From: a virus
Lineage: Duplodnaviria > Heunggongvirae > Uroviricota > Caudoviricetes
Length of the DNA stretch: 64,000 bases
Direction: 5' to 3' (one strand)
Virus record (IMG/VR): IMGVR_UViG_3300011442_000002
Coordinates: 11,825 to 75,824 of that record
The stretch's first letter is position 1, and every line of letters starts with the position of its first letter. The notes beneath the pieces are model-generated. The model was not told where the DNA came from and did no database searches. It saw only the letters and a list, made by a program, of their open reading frames with translations. Shown here in pieces: positions 37,418 to 47,165 of the stretch. The translations under genes were made by a program, and so were the position numbers.

Positions 37418-37588
37418 CGTGAAAACATTTGAGCTTGTCGAAAAGCTACATGAGCTTATGCGACAAACCGGTAAGGGTGGTCGAGAAATTCAAATCATAT
37501 CCGATGATGGATATGTTCTCGACATTGTCCAAGCTAAATTTGATCCAGAAAATGAGAAGTTTTTCCTAATCACTGAGGAAGCAGAATA

Positions 37589-38521
37589 ATGGCCTGGGAA
37601 TTTTGGTTTACGATCGTTTTTGCTGTATTAGCTTTTTTTGTTTATAGGATTAAGATTTCTTCACGAGCCAATCTTAAGCAAGCTAATGAAAATGGTACAC
37701 GAGAAGAGAAAAACAAAGCAACAGTTATTAGTGCTGGATCTTCAACACTGTTTGCAATTGCAGCAGGATTAGCCGGACTGTTCTTTTTCTTCTCAATTGC
37801 TTACGCAGTGCCAGTACGCAACGTAGGTATTGTTACCTCGTTTGGCAATCCCACAGGTAGAATCACTGGCAGCGGACTTAAGTTTGTGCTTCCATGGCAA
37901 AAGGTAGCAGACTTTGACGCCTCAGTACAGTTCTCTGATCATACTGGTGCCGACCATTGCACGACAGTTCGTATTGGTTCACTTGCTACGGCTTGTGTAG
38001 AAAATCGAATTGGTTGGCAGGTATTAGAATCAGCAGCACCAAGACTGTACCGTGACTACAAGGGATCTTTTGATAACCTTAAGAATAACTTGGTAGAAAC
38101 CAAGTTCCAAAATGCCCTTAATGCGGTGTTCGCCACATATAACCCGTTATCACAGGTAAATATTGCTACTGGACAAACCTCGTTCGATGGTGCTAAGCTT
38201 AGTCAAGAGCTTGAAGCCGAGCTAAATCGCACCATTGGTAGCGATATCAAAATCCTTACAGTATCTGTGCCACTCGTGCATCACGATGAAAAAACTGAAG
38301 CTAATATCAAGGCTTTCCAGGACGTGATTGCTAAGGCTAGAATTCTAGATCAGCAGCTAGCCAATGCCCAAAAGGAAAAGGCAATTGCAGACCTTCAGGC
38401 TGTATACCTAACTACTGAATACATTCAGAACAAGTGTATTGAAGAGTCAGTTAAGATGGGTGTACCTCCTGGACTATGTCTAGTTGGTGGTCAAGCTATC
38501 GTAGACACGAGGAAACCATGA
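37589..38521 (+). CDS. SPFH/band-7 (prohibitin/stomatin-like) membrane protein
   Basis: N-terminal TM segments, then VPVRNVGIVTSFGNPTGRITGSGLKFVLPWQKV and a coiled-coil tail. Confidence 0.5.
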   Translation: MAWEFWFTIVFAVLAFFVYRIKISSRANLKQANENGTREEKNKATVISAGSSTLFAIAAGLAGLFFFFSIAYAVPVRNVGIVTSFGNPTGRITGSGLKFVLPWQKVADFDASVQFSDHTGADHCTTVRIGSLATACVENRIGWQVLESAAPRLYRDYKGSFDNLKNNLVETKFQNALNAVFATYNPLSQVNIATGQTSFDGAKLSQELEAELNRTIGSDIKILTVSVPLVHHDEKTEANIKAFQDVIAKARILDQQLANAQKEKAIADLQAVYLTTEYIQNKCIEESVKMGVPPGLCLVGGQAIVDTRKP

Positions 38522-38685
38522 ACAAAGCTGAACTAGAACGTGCACTAAAGAGAGTTACTGGTATGGCTCTTAAGAAGGTTGTAGTTAATTTGGGCGATGA
38601 TTTGCTAAGTGACATTGATCATGTGTATTTCGATGAAGCACTCGGTTGTGTAGTAATTGTACCAGCTTCTACCATTGAAGCCTAA
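38518..38685 (+). CDS. hypothetical protein
   Basis: Internal ATG (MNKAELERALK), coupled to the SPFH gene stop. Confidence 0.35.
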   Translation: MNKAELERALKRVTGMALKKVVVNLGDDLLSDIDHVYFDEALGCVVIVPASTIEA

Positions 38686-38885
38686 TCATGGGTATAGCTG
38701 ATGATAATTACAAGCGACAGGTTGTTCGTGAAGCTGTAGCTCAATCAGCTTGGGACTTAGTTAATCAACTACCACTTGATCTTACAACCTTGATTGAGCA
38801 AGACATAGTTACTACGCAGGCACTAGCTGATTATTGGCTAGAAGAGTTAGAAAAACTAGTTTAGCACAAAGGGCTTCGGCCCCAT

Positions 38886-38959
38886 GCGCCTAAGCGGACT
38901 GGTGGTCCGGAAATGTCTTATAAGCATTTTGAAGTAGGGTTCGATCCCCTATGGGCGTA
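38886..38959 (+). tRNA. tRNA, anticodon TAT (Ile-type AUA reader?); low confidence
   Basis: Acceptor GCGCCTA/TGGGCGT with 2 G-U pairs, D-arm CGGACTGGTGGTCCG, anticodon loop CTTATAA, T-arm TAGGGTTCGATCCCCTA. Confidence 0.35.
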
Positions 38960-38961
38960 CA

Positions 38962-39335
38962 TGGACAATCTACTATTGATAATTGGTCAGGTAGCTTACG
39001 TAGTAAGACTTTTGTGGATAACTTCAGCAATAATGCTTGAGCTAAATAGTAGCAAAAGACTCTTTAATAAAACCAATTTACCATATAAATACTTTCTGGT
39101 AATGTTTGCGGAACTAAAACCATTTTATCTTCCAGCAATCATGTTTATGATGGCAAAAGAAATTGGTACTCACACTACCAATTGGTTTTCTCCTATAGAT
39201 TATGCATGTGCCATAATTCTGTATCATCTTTTGAAGAACGTTGACGAAGATGATAGATGGAAGAAGCGCCGAAAGAAACTAACAGAGAAAGTAAAAGCGT
39301 TTGGCGGTAGGCTAGTGGTTGTACCAACCAGTTAA
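38962..39335 (+). CDS. membrane protein
   Basis: Start after the tRNA (MDNLLLIIGQ). Several TM helices and a basic tail. Confidence 0.4.
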
Positions 39336-39348
39336 GATAGGTGACCAA

Positions 39349-39693
39349 ATGAAAATGGTGTCTATACCAGAAGAAGAACTTGAGAGACTTAAGTCTAAGA
39401 ACAGGCAACAAGCTCGGGAAATTCGTATAATTCAGGAAGCCCTTAGAGCTAAAAATTTAGACCTTGATGCCATGCATTTTGTTTGGTGTGATGGTGGCTG
39501 TTCGCGTGGCGTTCATCGTTTCTCAGAAACGATTCTTACTGAGGAAATGATCCTTAGAGCCGAACGAAACACTAAACGTCTTCGCAGGTGGTACAACACG
39601 GTAAAATGGCGAATGACTACGTTTCCAACAATGAGTCAATGGCACGACAGTTATGCTAAACGTGCTGCTGCTAGAACAGATTTGCCGGTGTAG
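39349..39693 (+). CDS. hypothetical protein
   Basis: MKMVSIPEEE start after an SD-like region. Confidence 0.4.
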   Translation: MKMVSIPEEELERLKSKNRQQAREIRIIQEALRAKNLDLDAMHFVWCDGGCSRGVHRFSETILTEEMILRAERNTKRLRRWYNTVKWRMTTFPTMSQWHDSYAKRAAARTDLPV

Positions 39694-39755
39694 CTCAGTG
39701 GTAGAGCAACCGCCTTGTAAGCGGTAGGTCAACAGTTCAATCCTGTTCTCCGGCT
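39684..39755 (+). tRNA. tRNA-Thr (TGT)
   Basis: D-arm GCTCAGTGGTAGAGC, anticodon stem ACCGC/GCGGT, loop CTTGTAA, T-arm AACAGTTCAATCCTGTT. Confidence 0.55.
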
Positions 39756-39756
39756 C

Positions 39757-40095
39757 ATGTCAATACCAATGAAACCAAATGATCCAGCCTATTGGCTATT
39801 AGATGCACCAAAACACTATTCAATTCCTAAGGTATATCTAGAGAGTTGTTACATTTGTCGCGACCCTGAGTTTATGCTTATGGGTATGCCGCTATGTCGC
39901 ATCTGTTGTGTTTGCAAGAAACTTAAAGAAAATCTAAGCACAGACGTTCCTATCAATCCTAAAGCCCCACAGGCACTAGTTGTTGTGCCTGGCTATGGAC
40001 ATATTCCGGCCGATGGTTCAGCTTGTGATTTCTGTAAACATGAGTGCGATCCTGGTGATCCCGAATGTGATTATTATGATGGAGAAGCAAGATGA
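39757..40095 (+). CDS. Cys-rich zinc-finger protein
   Basis: Multiple CxxC motifs. Confidence 0.45.
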   Translation: MSIPMKPNDPAYWLLDAPKHYSIPKVYLESCYICRDPEFMLMGMPLCRICCVCKKLKENLSTDVPINPKAPQALVVVPGYGHIPADGSACDFCKHECDPGDPECDYYDGEAR

Positions 40096-40391
40096 AAAAG
40101 TTCTTTGGATTTCTACTATGTGTACTAGCACTCGTGTTGGTAATTTGGCTTGACTTGATTATATTTTTCATTGGTGGAATTAACCAAGTTATTGATGGCT
40201 TCGACGCAAATCCAAACTCAGTACATGACATCGTTTGGGGCTTTATCAAGGTACTCCTGTTCACTGGTTTTGGTTCTGTAGCAGGATTCTTTATTGGTAT
40301 GGGCGGTTTGGTTTTGCTATTCAGTGGTTCAAGAAAAGCAAAAGCCAGTGAATTTCGACCACGATCTATGAAAATATTTCCGCGGCCATGA
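40092..40391 (+). CDS. membrane protein
   Basis: 99 aa with 3 TM helices. Confidence 0.45.
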   Translation: MKKFFGFLLCVLALVLVIWLDLIIFFIGGINQVIDGFDANPNSVHDIVWGFIKVLLFTGFGSVAGFFIGMGGLVLLFSGSRKAKASEFRPRSMKIFPRP

Positions 40392-40759
40392 CTAATGCTA
40401 AACGAAAAGATCCTAGAAAGCTTAAAGGCACAATAGCTGGACCTGGCGGTCCACATGATCTAGGTGCAGTTATCGTCGATACTACCAATGGAATTGTACT
40501 AGATCAGGTTGATGTTTCTACCATTGACCGAGAAGAACAAGGTAAAGAATCTATAATCGCATTGGTTCTTGGTGGTAGAATTATTCGCACACAAGATCGT
40601 GCAGAAGTACTGTTCATGTTCGGCACCGACGGTGCAGCATCTATCATCACTGAACTTATTGCACTAATGGGTCGTGCCACAGGTATCAACGCAGAACAAT
40701 TACTAACAGATGTTGTCGAACGTATGACTGAGCTACGTGAAGAAGGTAACCTAGAGTGA
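40388..40759 (+). CDS. hypothetical protein
   Basis: 123 aa. Confidence 0.45.
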   Translation: MTNAKRKDPRKLKGTIAGPGGPHDLGAVIVDTTNGIVLDQVDVSTIDREEQGKESIIALVLGGRIIRTQDRAEVLFMFGTDGAASIITELIALMGRATGINAEQLLTDVVERMTELREEGNLE

Positions 40760-40901
40760 TTCCTTCTGATACGATTCTTACCATAGTACTGATATTATGG
40801 TTGATTGCTGCTGTTGTACTTTTTGTAATAGCTTTAGTAAAAACTATAGACTACCTCACTGGTCGTGACGATGACGACGATGAAGGTTACTAAATAAATT
40901 A

Positions 40902-40975
40902 GCGCATGTAGGCAAACTGGCAAAGCCGCTGATTTCAAGAATCAGTGTTTGCGCGTTCAACTCGCGTCATGCGTA
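40902..40975 (+). tRNA. tRNA with anticodon CAA (Leu-type) but type I
   Basis: Acceptor GCGCATG/CATGCGT, anticodon stem CTGAT/ATCAG, loop TTCAAGA, T-arm GCGCGTTCAACTCGCGT. Confidence 0.4.
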
Positions 40976-41111
40976 CGTTGCCCGGACGTTAATGGGATAA
41001 CTCAGTGTCATAGGCTGTTCAGCTCTACTACTGGCCAATAGCGCTATTAACCTTTAGTACCTGTCTAAGCTGAGGTAAGGGTGAGATTCGTCAACTCCCC
41101 CATCACCATAA

Positions 41112-41184
41112 GCCCACATAGCTCAGCGGAGAGAGCAGAGCCCTTCTAAGGCTAAGGTCGCAGGTTCGATCCCTGCTGTGGGCA
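41112..41184 (+). tRNA. tRNA-Arg (TCT)
   Basis: Perfect acceptor GCCCACA/TGTGGGC, anticodon loop CTTCTAA, T-arm GCAGGTTCGATCCCTGC, discriminator A. Confidence 0.65.
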
Positions 41185-41315
41185 CATGCCATGTCAACAT
41201 TGTGGAAAAGAGTTTGATCCAATCAAGCATCGTTGGCTCTGTCCATGGTGCAAAACAAAGAACACTTGTTGCGAATATAAACTAAACAAAATGGACATAG
41301 AAGAAAGGAGCTAAA

Positions 41316-41618
41316 ATGCCAATTCCTCTAAATACTAAACCATATTGCAACTGTGCTGAACGTGGACAATGGCAGCGCCAGGACGGGTATACTCTCGATG
41401 GTTCTAGCGGTACATGGGTCCATTGGAGGTGCAGGAAGCCATCTAAAATGAATTGGGAACGACGTCAACGAGGCGACCAGCCTATCCCGCAGCCGAAATT
41501 AATTGAGGACATATATCAAGAAGAGCGTGACTATGAGCTTAGAAAAGTGTCAAGAGTAGTCATTGCAGAAGAATTAGATTGGAGTAATGAAAGTGAAGAC
41601 GATTACGACTATGACTGA
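41316..41618 (+). CDS. hypothetical protein
   Basis: 100 aa with a CxC...C cluster and an acidic tail. Confidence 0.4.
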   Translation: MPIPLNTKPYCNCAERGQWQRQDGYTLDGSSGTWVHWRCRKPSKMNWERRQRGDQPIPQPKLIEDIYQEERDYELRKVSRVVIAEELDWSNESEDDYDYD

Positions 41619-42096
41619 TAATGAAAACGATGTGACTTACGAGCATATTCGTCAGTCTAATCTAATCGAAGGGGTTATCGACCCAAAAGAAATAGATCAG
41701 AGTATGATGGCTTGGAGATATATTAGAGACTTTCAAGGTCCATTAACTTTTGAAGAAGTACTAACCATACATAACATGGTCATGATTAACCTATTGCCGC
41801 AGGAACGTGGTGGCGCAGGTTCACTAAGAATGTGTAATGTGACGGTAGGCGGCCGAATGTGTCCACACTATCGTGAGGTAAAAGAGCAGCTAGCACATTG
41901 GCTAGATGAAATGCAGTTATACATGCATCGTTCGAAGCCTAAAGACATGCACATAAAGTTCGAATACATTCATCCGTTCGTTGATGGTAATGGTAGAACT
42001 GGTAGAATGTTAATGTGGTGGCATGAGCGTAAATTAGGTTTGAAACCAACACTACTAACATTCGAAGATCGTTACAAGTATTATGCTTGGTTCTAA
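41587..42096 (+). CDS. fic: Fic/Doc family protein (class II, with N-terminal SxxIEG inhibitory motif)
   Basis: HPFVDGNGRTGR matches the Fic core HxFx(D/E)GNGRxxR. The N-terminal QSNLIEG matches the (S/T)xxIEG alpha-inh motif. Confidence 0.7.
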   Translation: MKVKTITTMTDNENDVTYEHIRQSNLIEGVIDPKEIDQSMMAWRYIRDFQGPLTFEEVLTIHNMVMINLLPQERGGAGSLRMCNVTVGGRMCPHYREVKEQLAHWLDEMQLYMHRSKPKDMHIKFEYIHPFVDGNGRTGRMLMWWHERKLGLKPTLLTFEDRYKYYAWF

Positions 42097-42189
42097 TTTC
42101 TAGAAAAGAATATAAATTGATACAGCTAAATGCATGGATTCGTGTCAGCCTCTTGACAGTCAGTCGAGTGTCTGACAGAATTCATGCTA

Positions 42190-42263
42190 TGCCGTCGTAG
42201 CTGAGTGGTATAGCTAAGGACTCTTAATCCTCAGACGTAGGTTCGATTCCTACCGACGGTACC
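42190..42263 (+). tRNA. tRNA-Lys (CTT), CCA encoded
   Basis: Acceptor GCCGTCG/CGACGGT, anticodon loop CTCTTAA, T-arm GTAGGTTCGATTCCTAC, then ACCA. Confidence 0.55.
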
Positions 42264-42288
42264 ATAAATTCTAAGATAAGGAGATAAC

Positions 42289-42414
42289 ATGGAAATCGGA
42301 GAGCACGTTAAACGTGTAGTGTTTGAACCAATTGATATCGAACCGATTATTGTTGAACCGGTGCCCCTTCCCGAGAAAATCCCACAGGAAGCGGAACTTG
42401 CTGATGCCAAGTGA
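42289..42414 (+). CDS. small protein (41 aa)
   Basis: Unlisted ORF after AAGGAGATAACATG. Confidence 0.3.
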   Translation: MEIGEHVKRVVFEPIDIEPIIVEPVPLPEKIPQEAELADAK

Positions 42415-43207
42415 TTACGGCGGTATTGATACTATAGTGCCAGGCCGATTACGTACGTTTAGGCTTTGGCGAATCAATCCGTACGAAATGAAGATTACTG
42501 CTTTGAATCGTACAGATTGGCCAATTGATAAACCACTAAAGGCTGAGTGTAGGAACCGAGTTTATGCCACTGACATTGCTGGCCATGCGGTTCCTAGTTC
42601 TGCCTGTACCTGTGGGATTTACTCCAGATACGACCCAAATGATCTTTATGATTTAGCACAACACGGAAAATATCCTGAGGACATCTTCGTTGTAGGTGCT
42701 CTATCCAATTTTGGTGCCATTGAACTAGGTACTCGTGGTTGTAGATCACAATATGGAATGATCGAAGCCTTAGCACCAGTGAGTAATCTTAATTGGGAAA
42801 TAACATTAGGTACTGACAATGTGATGGAATCGCAAGAAATAATTCGTCAGGTCGTTAGCAGTTATCATGTGCGACTATATAAAAACTTGACAGACTTAAC
42901 TCATGATTTTCCAAAAGAAGATTTGTCTGCTCTTGGCATTCAGCAAGCAAGAGAAAAGCAAGTAGACAAAGCTGCAATGAATAGTCTGGCTATGATTTCT
43001 AGTATGCCTGCTTCGGCTATCACTTCGATAATAGAAAGCGTTACCAAAGCCGCCGAAAATATTTCTAGACAATTTGCTGGTAATTACTATTTCAGTATAG
43101 ATCCAGCAACTGGTTCAATGTCTCGCACATACCAAATCTTGGCCAACTCTTCTTATCTTTACTACACGCCAAACCAACCACCATTCAACCCTTATATCGG
43201 AGCCTAA
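42403..43207 (+). CDS. hypothetical protein
   Basis: Start reset to MPSDYGG. Confidence 0.4.
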
Positions 43208-43208
43208 T

Positions 43209-43439
43209 ATGAACAACAATATGGCTCTAGTGGAGGCGGTAAATAGACTAAACGATGTAGAAAAAGAATATAAGAAAGTACGTGAAGAAGTTGCAAACTT
43301 ATTAAGTAAAGCCGCAGAAACACAACAAGTAACTAACTTATCAAGACTAACTGGAATTAACCGAACAACTATCTACTGGTTAATAAATACTTGGAGCACA
43401 AGAAATGAAAACGGAAGTACACGAAGTCGATCTGGCTAA
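43209..43439 (+). CDS. small HTH DNA-binding protein
   Basis: LSRLTGINRTTIYWL helix-turn-helix. Confidence 0.5.
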   Translation: MNNNMALVEAVNRLNDVEKEYKKVREEVANLLSKAAETQQVTNLSRLTGINRTTIYWLINTWSTRNENGSTRSRSG

Positions 43440-44277
43440 GGCAAAAGATTGGATTGAAAAGAATCTACCCTACACACGCGGTGTAGACGGTACTAATCGA
43501 CCAATCAGTAAGCGTAAAGTAAATCAGTATGCCATTGATATGCTTCGTGGAAACTGGAAGCTAACTCACCAAGGAATTGCATTTGCTGTTGCTGGACTTC
43601 TAAAGGATGGTCAGCATAGGCTTCTAGCACTTATTCAGGCTGCTGAAGAAGGTGCAATAGACGGCGATGAGATCCTAAAGCCTAAGCCTAGAATCAAAAT
43701 TCCAATGCAGGTTACCTTTGGCCTAGATGATACCACATTTGAGGTTCTAGATACTGGGTTGCCTCGTTCTGCGAATCAGGTTCTAGCAATTGCTGGCTAT
43801 AACAATACTACTTATGTAGCCGCGGCAGCCAGACTTCTTTACATGTTTGAAGGTTATGAGTTTAGGCACTGGAAGACTACTCGTGCTACTAATCATGACG
43901 TGTTGAAGGTTGTGCGCGACACTCGCATTGATGAATATATCACACCAATTACACCACTAAAGCCTATTGGTTTTATCATTCCTGCTACCGCAGTAGGGTA
44001 TTACGTCTGTGAAAAGGCTATGCCTACCGGTCCGCACGAGGAATGGCTTTATGGTTTGAAGAATGGTGAAAGTATGCGGGCTGACGATCCTTGTTTGGTT
44101 TTCCGAAACTACATAATTAGATCCAAAGGTCAGCCAAAGGTTCGTCGCGATGCGTACATGCATTTGGCACTGTACATCATTGCCTGGAATGACTATGTGG
44201 CAAAGAAGCGTCGTAGCGTAATTTCTTGGCGCAGTACGGCGAGTGAATTCCCAAAGCCGTACACAATCGAAAAGTAG
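43405..44277 (+). CDS. ParB-like nuclease / DGQHR-domain protein
   Basis: NWKLTHQGIAFAVAGLLKDGQHRLLAL carries the DGQHR signature. Confidence 0.55.
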   Translation: MKTEVHEVDLAKAKDWIEKNLPYTRGVDGTNRPISKRKVNQYAIDMLRGNWKLTHQGIAFAVAGLLKDGQHRLLALIQAAEEGAIDGDEILKPKPRIKIPMQVTFGLDDTTFEVLDTGLPRSANQVLAIAGYNNTTYVAAAARLLYMFEGYEFRHWKTTRATNHDVLKVVRDTRIDEYITPITPLKPIGFIIPATAVGYYVCEKAMPTGPHEEWLYGLKNGESMRADDPCLVFRNYIIRSKGQPKVRRDAYMHLALYIIAWNDYVAKKRRSVISWRSTASEFPKPYTIEK

Positions 44278-44281
44278 AAAA

Positions 44282-44785
44282 ATGGAATCAGAAACCGAAC
44301 CTAACAAGGAAAATAATAAATTTAGTTCAACCATGTTCAACAACGCATTACAAGTACTGAGTTCGTTAAGAGCGAAAGCTAAGGTTGAGTCGGCCGGTAC
44401 GCTGATTGAGCTTGGTTATCCAATTACTGATCCAGAAGAATCAGTGTTGATTTATCGTGGCTTCTCTACCAAAGACGCTGAGGATACCAGACTATTAGCT
44501 TCTAGCGTTTCACACGCAATGCGACTGCTTAAAGCTATGCGTGCGTTGACTCTGCTAAAAACTGGTTCTCGTGGTAATCCTAGCATTTATCTGATTCATT
44601 ACACACCAACAGTAGAGCAGTTTGAAGCTTTTAGAAGTAGAAGCTTTGCGCTGGAGCGACAGATTGCTCCTAATAGTTATGAAAGTATGGTTAATTCATT
44701 AGAAAGTCTGCGTATCGAATTGCACGAACTAAGGCGCAGAGTTGAAGACCTGGAAAGGAATACCGTTGTCAGACACAACATATGA
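44282..44785 (+). CDS. hypothetical coiled-coil protein
   Basis: Start after AAAAATGG. Confidence 0.4.
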   Translation: MESETEPNKENNKFSSTMFNNALQVLSSLRAKAKVESAGTLIELGYPITDPEESVLIYRGFSTKDAEDTRLLASSVSHAMRLLKAMRALTLLKTGSRGNPSIYLIHYTPTVEQFEAFRSRSFALERQIAPNSYESMVNSLESLRIELHELRRRVEDLERNTVVRHNI

Positions 44786-45068
44786 AGAAGCTCGACGCTG
44801 TCCAAGATGTGAAAATCCTGGATTAGAAGTTAGCTCAGTGCGTAGACGTGAAGGCGGAAAGCTAACAACGTTTGAATGTAGAAATCCTCCGTGTAGGTGG
44901 TATAACACGCCTTACGTGGTCCAAATTAATGCTGATGGTTCTATTCCGGAAGCTACCATGGATCACATTAAGAGTTTTCCCAAAGTTCCAGATAGAACAG
45001 ACGCGGTACAATTACAGATGCAGCGTTTGTATGATCAAACACTCACCGGAGGTGAGACTAGACTCTAA
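44766..45068 (+). CDS. zinc-ribbon protein
   Basis: CPRCENPG...CRNPPC. TTG start after GGAAAGGA. Confidence 0.35.
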   Translation: MSDTTYEEARRCPRCENPGLEVSSVRRREGGKLTTFECRNPPCRWYNTPYVVQINADGSIPEATMDHIKSFPKVPDRTDAVQLQMQRLYDQTLTGGETRL

Positions 45069-45080
45069 GGATATAGGAAA

Positions 45081-46484
45081 ATGCAGTTATTTCCATTTCA
45101 AGCTGAAGCTGTTAAAAAATTAGAAAAAGTCCGGTCAGTCCTTATTGGCGATGACATGGGACTTGGAAAAACATTCGAAGCTATTGGATTAGATTTAGTA
45201 AGAAGATCATGGTTTCCAGACCTTAAGTTGAAAACTATTATTGTATGCCCGTTAGCAATGGTGTCCACTTGGACTAGGGCATGGTTCCAATGTGCAGATG
45301 ACTTACGTATTCTTCCTATTAACAACAAGGATAGAACACACTTTCTAGATGAACTTCAACAGGACAATTACGACATTTTTATTTGTCATTGGCCTGTCTT
45401 GCGCATCATTGAAGAAGAATTAGCTGCCGTAAACTGGTTTCATGTCATTGCCGACGAGGCACACGCATTGCAGAATAGAAAATCAAAGCAAAGCAAGGCA
45501 CTTAAGCTAATTCCCACTGGTTACAAGACTGCACTAACTGGTACTCCAGCTTTCGATAAGCCGGATGATTTGTGGAGTCTACTCAATTGGCTATATCCAA
45601 AGTTTTGGTCTAGCTACTGGGCTTACTACAATGATCACATCATCTTTGAAAACTTCAATGGATACAAAACCGTCATTGGTGTAAATAATCCTGAGAAGCT
45701 ACAAGCCGAAATGGAACCATTTTACGTTAGACGGCTTAAAGAAGATGTACTGACTGATCTACCAGAAAAGTACTACACAGAAATTCGAGTGGACCTACAC
45801 CCGCAACAAGCTCGTGCTTACAAATCCATGAAAGATAATATGCTTGCTTGGATTGGTGATCACGAACATGAAGCGGTAGTAGCACCAGTTGTTATTGCAC
45901 AGCTAACAAGACTACAACAGTTTGCTTGCGCGTTCGCTGTAGTAGATGAAGAAAAGCAGAAAATGGTGCTCTCTGAACCATCGAGTAAGCTCGATGCGAT
46001 CATTGAAATCATAGAGTCCACAGGGCAGCAAGTTGTCGTGTTTAGTCAGTTTGCCCAAATGGTTAAGCTACTAGCCACGCGACTTGAGAAGAAAGGCATT
46101 ACCTGTGGGAAATTCATTGGTGAAACCCCTGCCGACGAACGCGCGAGAATTATATCTGGCTTTCAAGAGGGCAAGATTCAAGTATTTGCTGGAACTATAT
46201 CCGCAGGCGGTGTTGGGATTACGCTCACAGCAGCAAGTACCGTTATATTCATTGATAGGTCTTGGTCTAATGCCCTTAACCTCCAAGCCGAGGATAGACT
46301 ACACAGAATTGGACAAAAGTCTGCTGTCCAAGTCATTGATATAATCGCTAACGATACCATTGATGCTCGCCGTATTAAGGTTATTCAGCAGAAGTGGTCA
46401 TGGATTAAGCGTCTCATTGGAGATACTAAGGTAGATCCAACCGCTGAAGACTTCGAAGAGGTAGATGATGACGAAGAAGGCTAG
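45081..46484 (+). CDS. SNF2-family helicase
   Basis: DDMGLGKT (motif I), IADEAHALQN (motif II DEAH), and a C-terminal helicase domain. Confidence 0.7.
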   Translation: MQLFPFQAEAVKKLEKVRSVLIGDDMGLGKTFEAIGLDLVRRSWFPDLKLKTIIVCPLAMVSTWTRAWFQCADDLRILPINNKDRTHFLDELQQDNYDIFICHWPVLRIIEEELAAVNWFHVIADEAHALQNRKSKQSKALKLIPTGYKTALTGTPAFDKPDDLWSLLNWLYPKFWSSYWAYYNDHIIFENFNGYKTVIGVNNPEKLQAEMEPFYVRRLKEDVLTDLPEKYYTEIRVDLHPQQARAYKSMKDNMLAWIGDHEHEAVVAPVVIAQLTRLQQFACAFAVVDEEKQKMVLSEPSSKLDAIIEIIESTGQQVVVFSQFAQMVKLLATRLEKKGITCGKFIGETPADERARIISGFQEGKIQVFAGTISAGGVGITLTAASTVIFIDRSWSNALNLQAEDRLHRIGQKSAVQVIDIIANDTIDARRIKVIQQKWSWIKRLIGDTKVDPTAEDFEEVDDDEEG

Positions 46485-46695
46485 CAACAGTGAAAATCTT
46501 GAGTTGAGACATATTCTGGAATCAGTTCTAAATACTAAAAGTCGTGAAAATGCTTCTAATACACCAGATTTTATCTTGGCAGAATACATGCTAAACTGCT
46601 TGGAAGCATACGAAAAGGCAGTATTGGCTAGAGCTATCTGGTTTGGTCGCATTGATTCTCCAGGAGAAGGTTCTATTCCATACCTAGGAGGTTAG
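46465..46695 (+). CDS. hypothetical protein
   Basis: 76 aa. Confidence 0.4.
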   Translation: MMTKKASNSENLELRHILESVLNTKSRENASNTPDFILAEYMLNCLEAYEKAVLARAIWFGRIDSPGEGSIPYLGG

Positions 46696-46696
46696 T

Positions 46697-46996
46697 GTGT
46701 CTAGAATCATTATGCAAAAAACAGTTACCGTACCCGAACAAACTATTATGTCTCCTGAAGAAGTAGTTTTATGTGATATTTGTAAGAGAGTAATATATCC
46801 AGAAGATTTACCGGAACATGCTTCCGAAGATTTATACGCACAGCGACTAGAGATTTATGCCAATCCAGAATCGTGTGTAAACAGTCGAGCAAAGTTCGAT
46901 TTATGCGGACCATGCTTCGAACCTATTTGGACAAAGATTTGTCTAGCTATTGGTGCAAATCCAGACGATGAATTAAGAATCGGCGATGACGACTAA
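46697..46996 (+). CDS. hypothetical Cys-containing protein
   Basis: GTG start after AGGAGG. Confidence 0.45.
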   Translation: MSRIIMQKTVTVPEQTIMSPEEVVLCDICKRVIYPEDLPEHASEDLYAQRLEIYANPESCVNSRAKFDLCGPCFEPIWTKICLAIGANPDDELRIGDDD

Positions 46997-47165
46997 GGAA
47001 CACGTCCTGTCAATAAGGATGTACAAAGAAGACTTTGAGGTATTAAAATCTTTAGCTGAAGCTGAGAAAATAAGTGTATCTGAATTAGTATTAAGAGTTA
47101 TCAATAAGGAATACTTAGGACAAGTAATCGAAGATCGGGAGCGTTATTGGTATGGACATGCTTAA
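46986..47165 (+). CDS. ribbon-helix-helix (CopG/Arc-like) DNA-binding protein
   Basis: Unlisted 59-aa ORF. LSIRMYKEDFEVLKSLAEAEKISVSELV matches an RHH fold. Confidence 0.4.
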   Translation: MTTKEHVLSIRMYKEDFEVLKSLAEAEKISVSELVLRVINKEYLGQVIEDRERYWYGHA

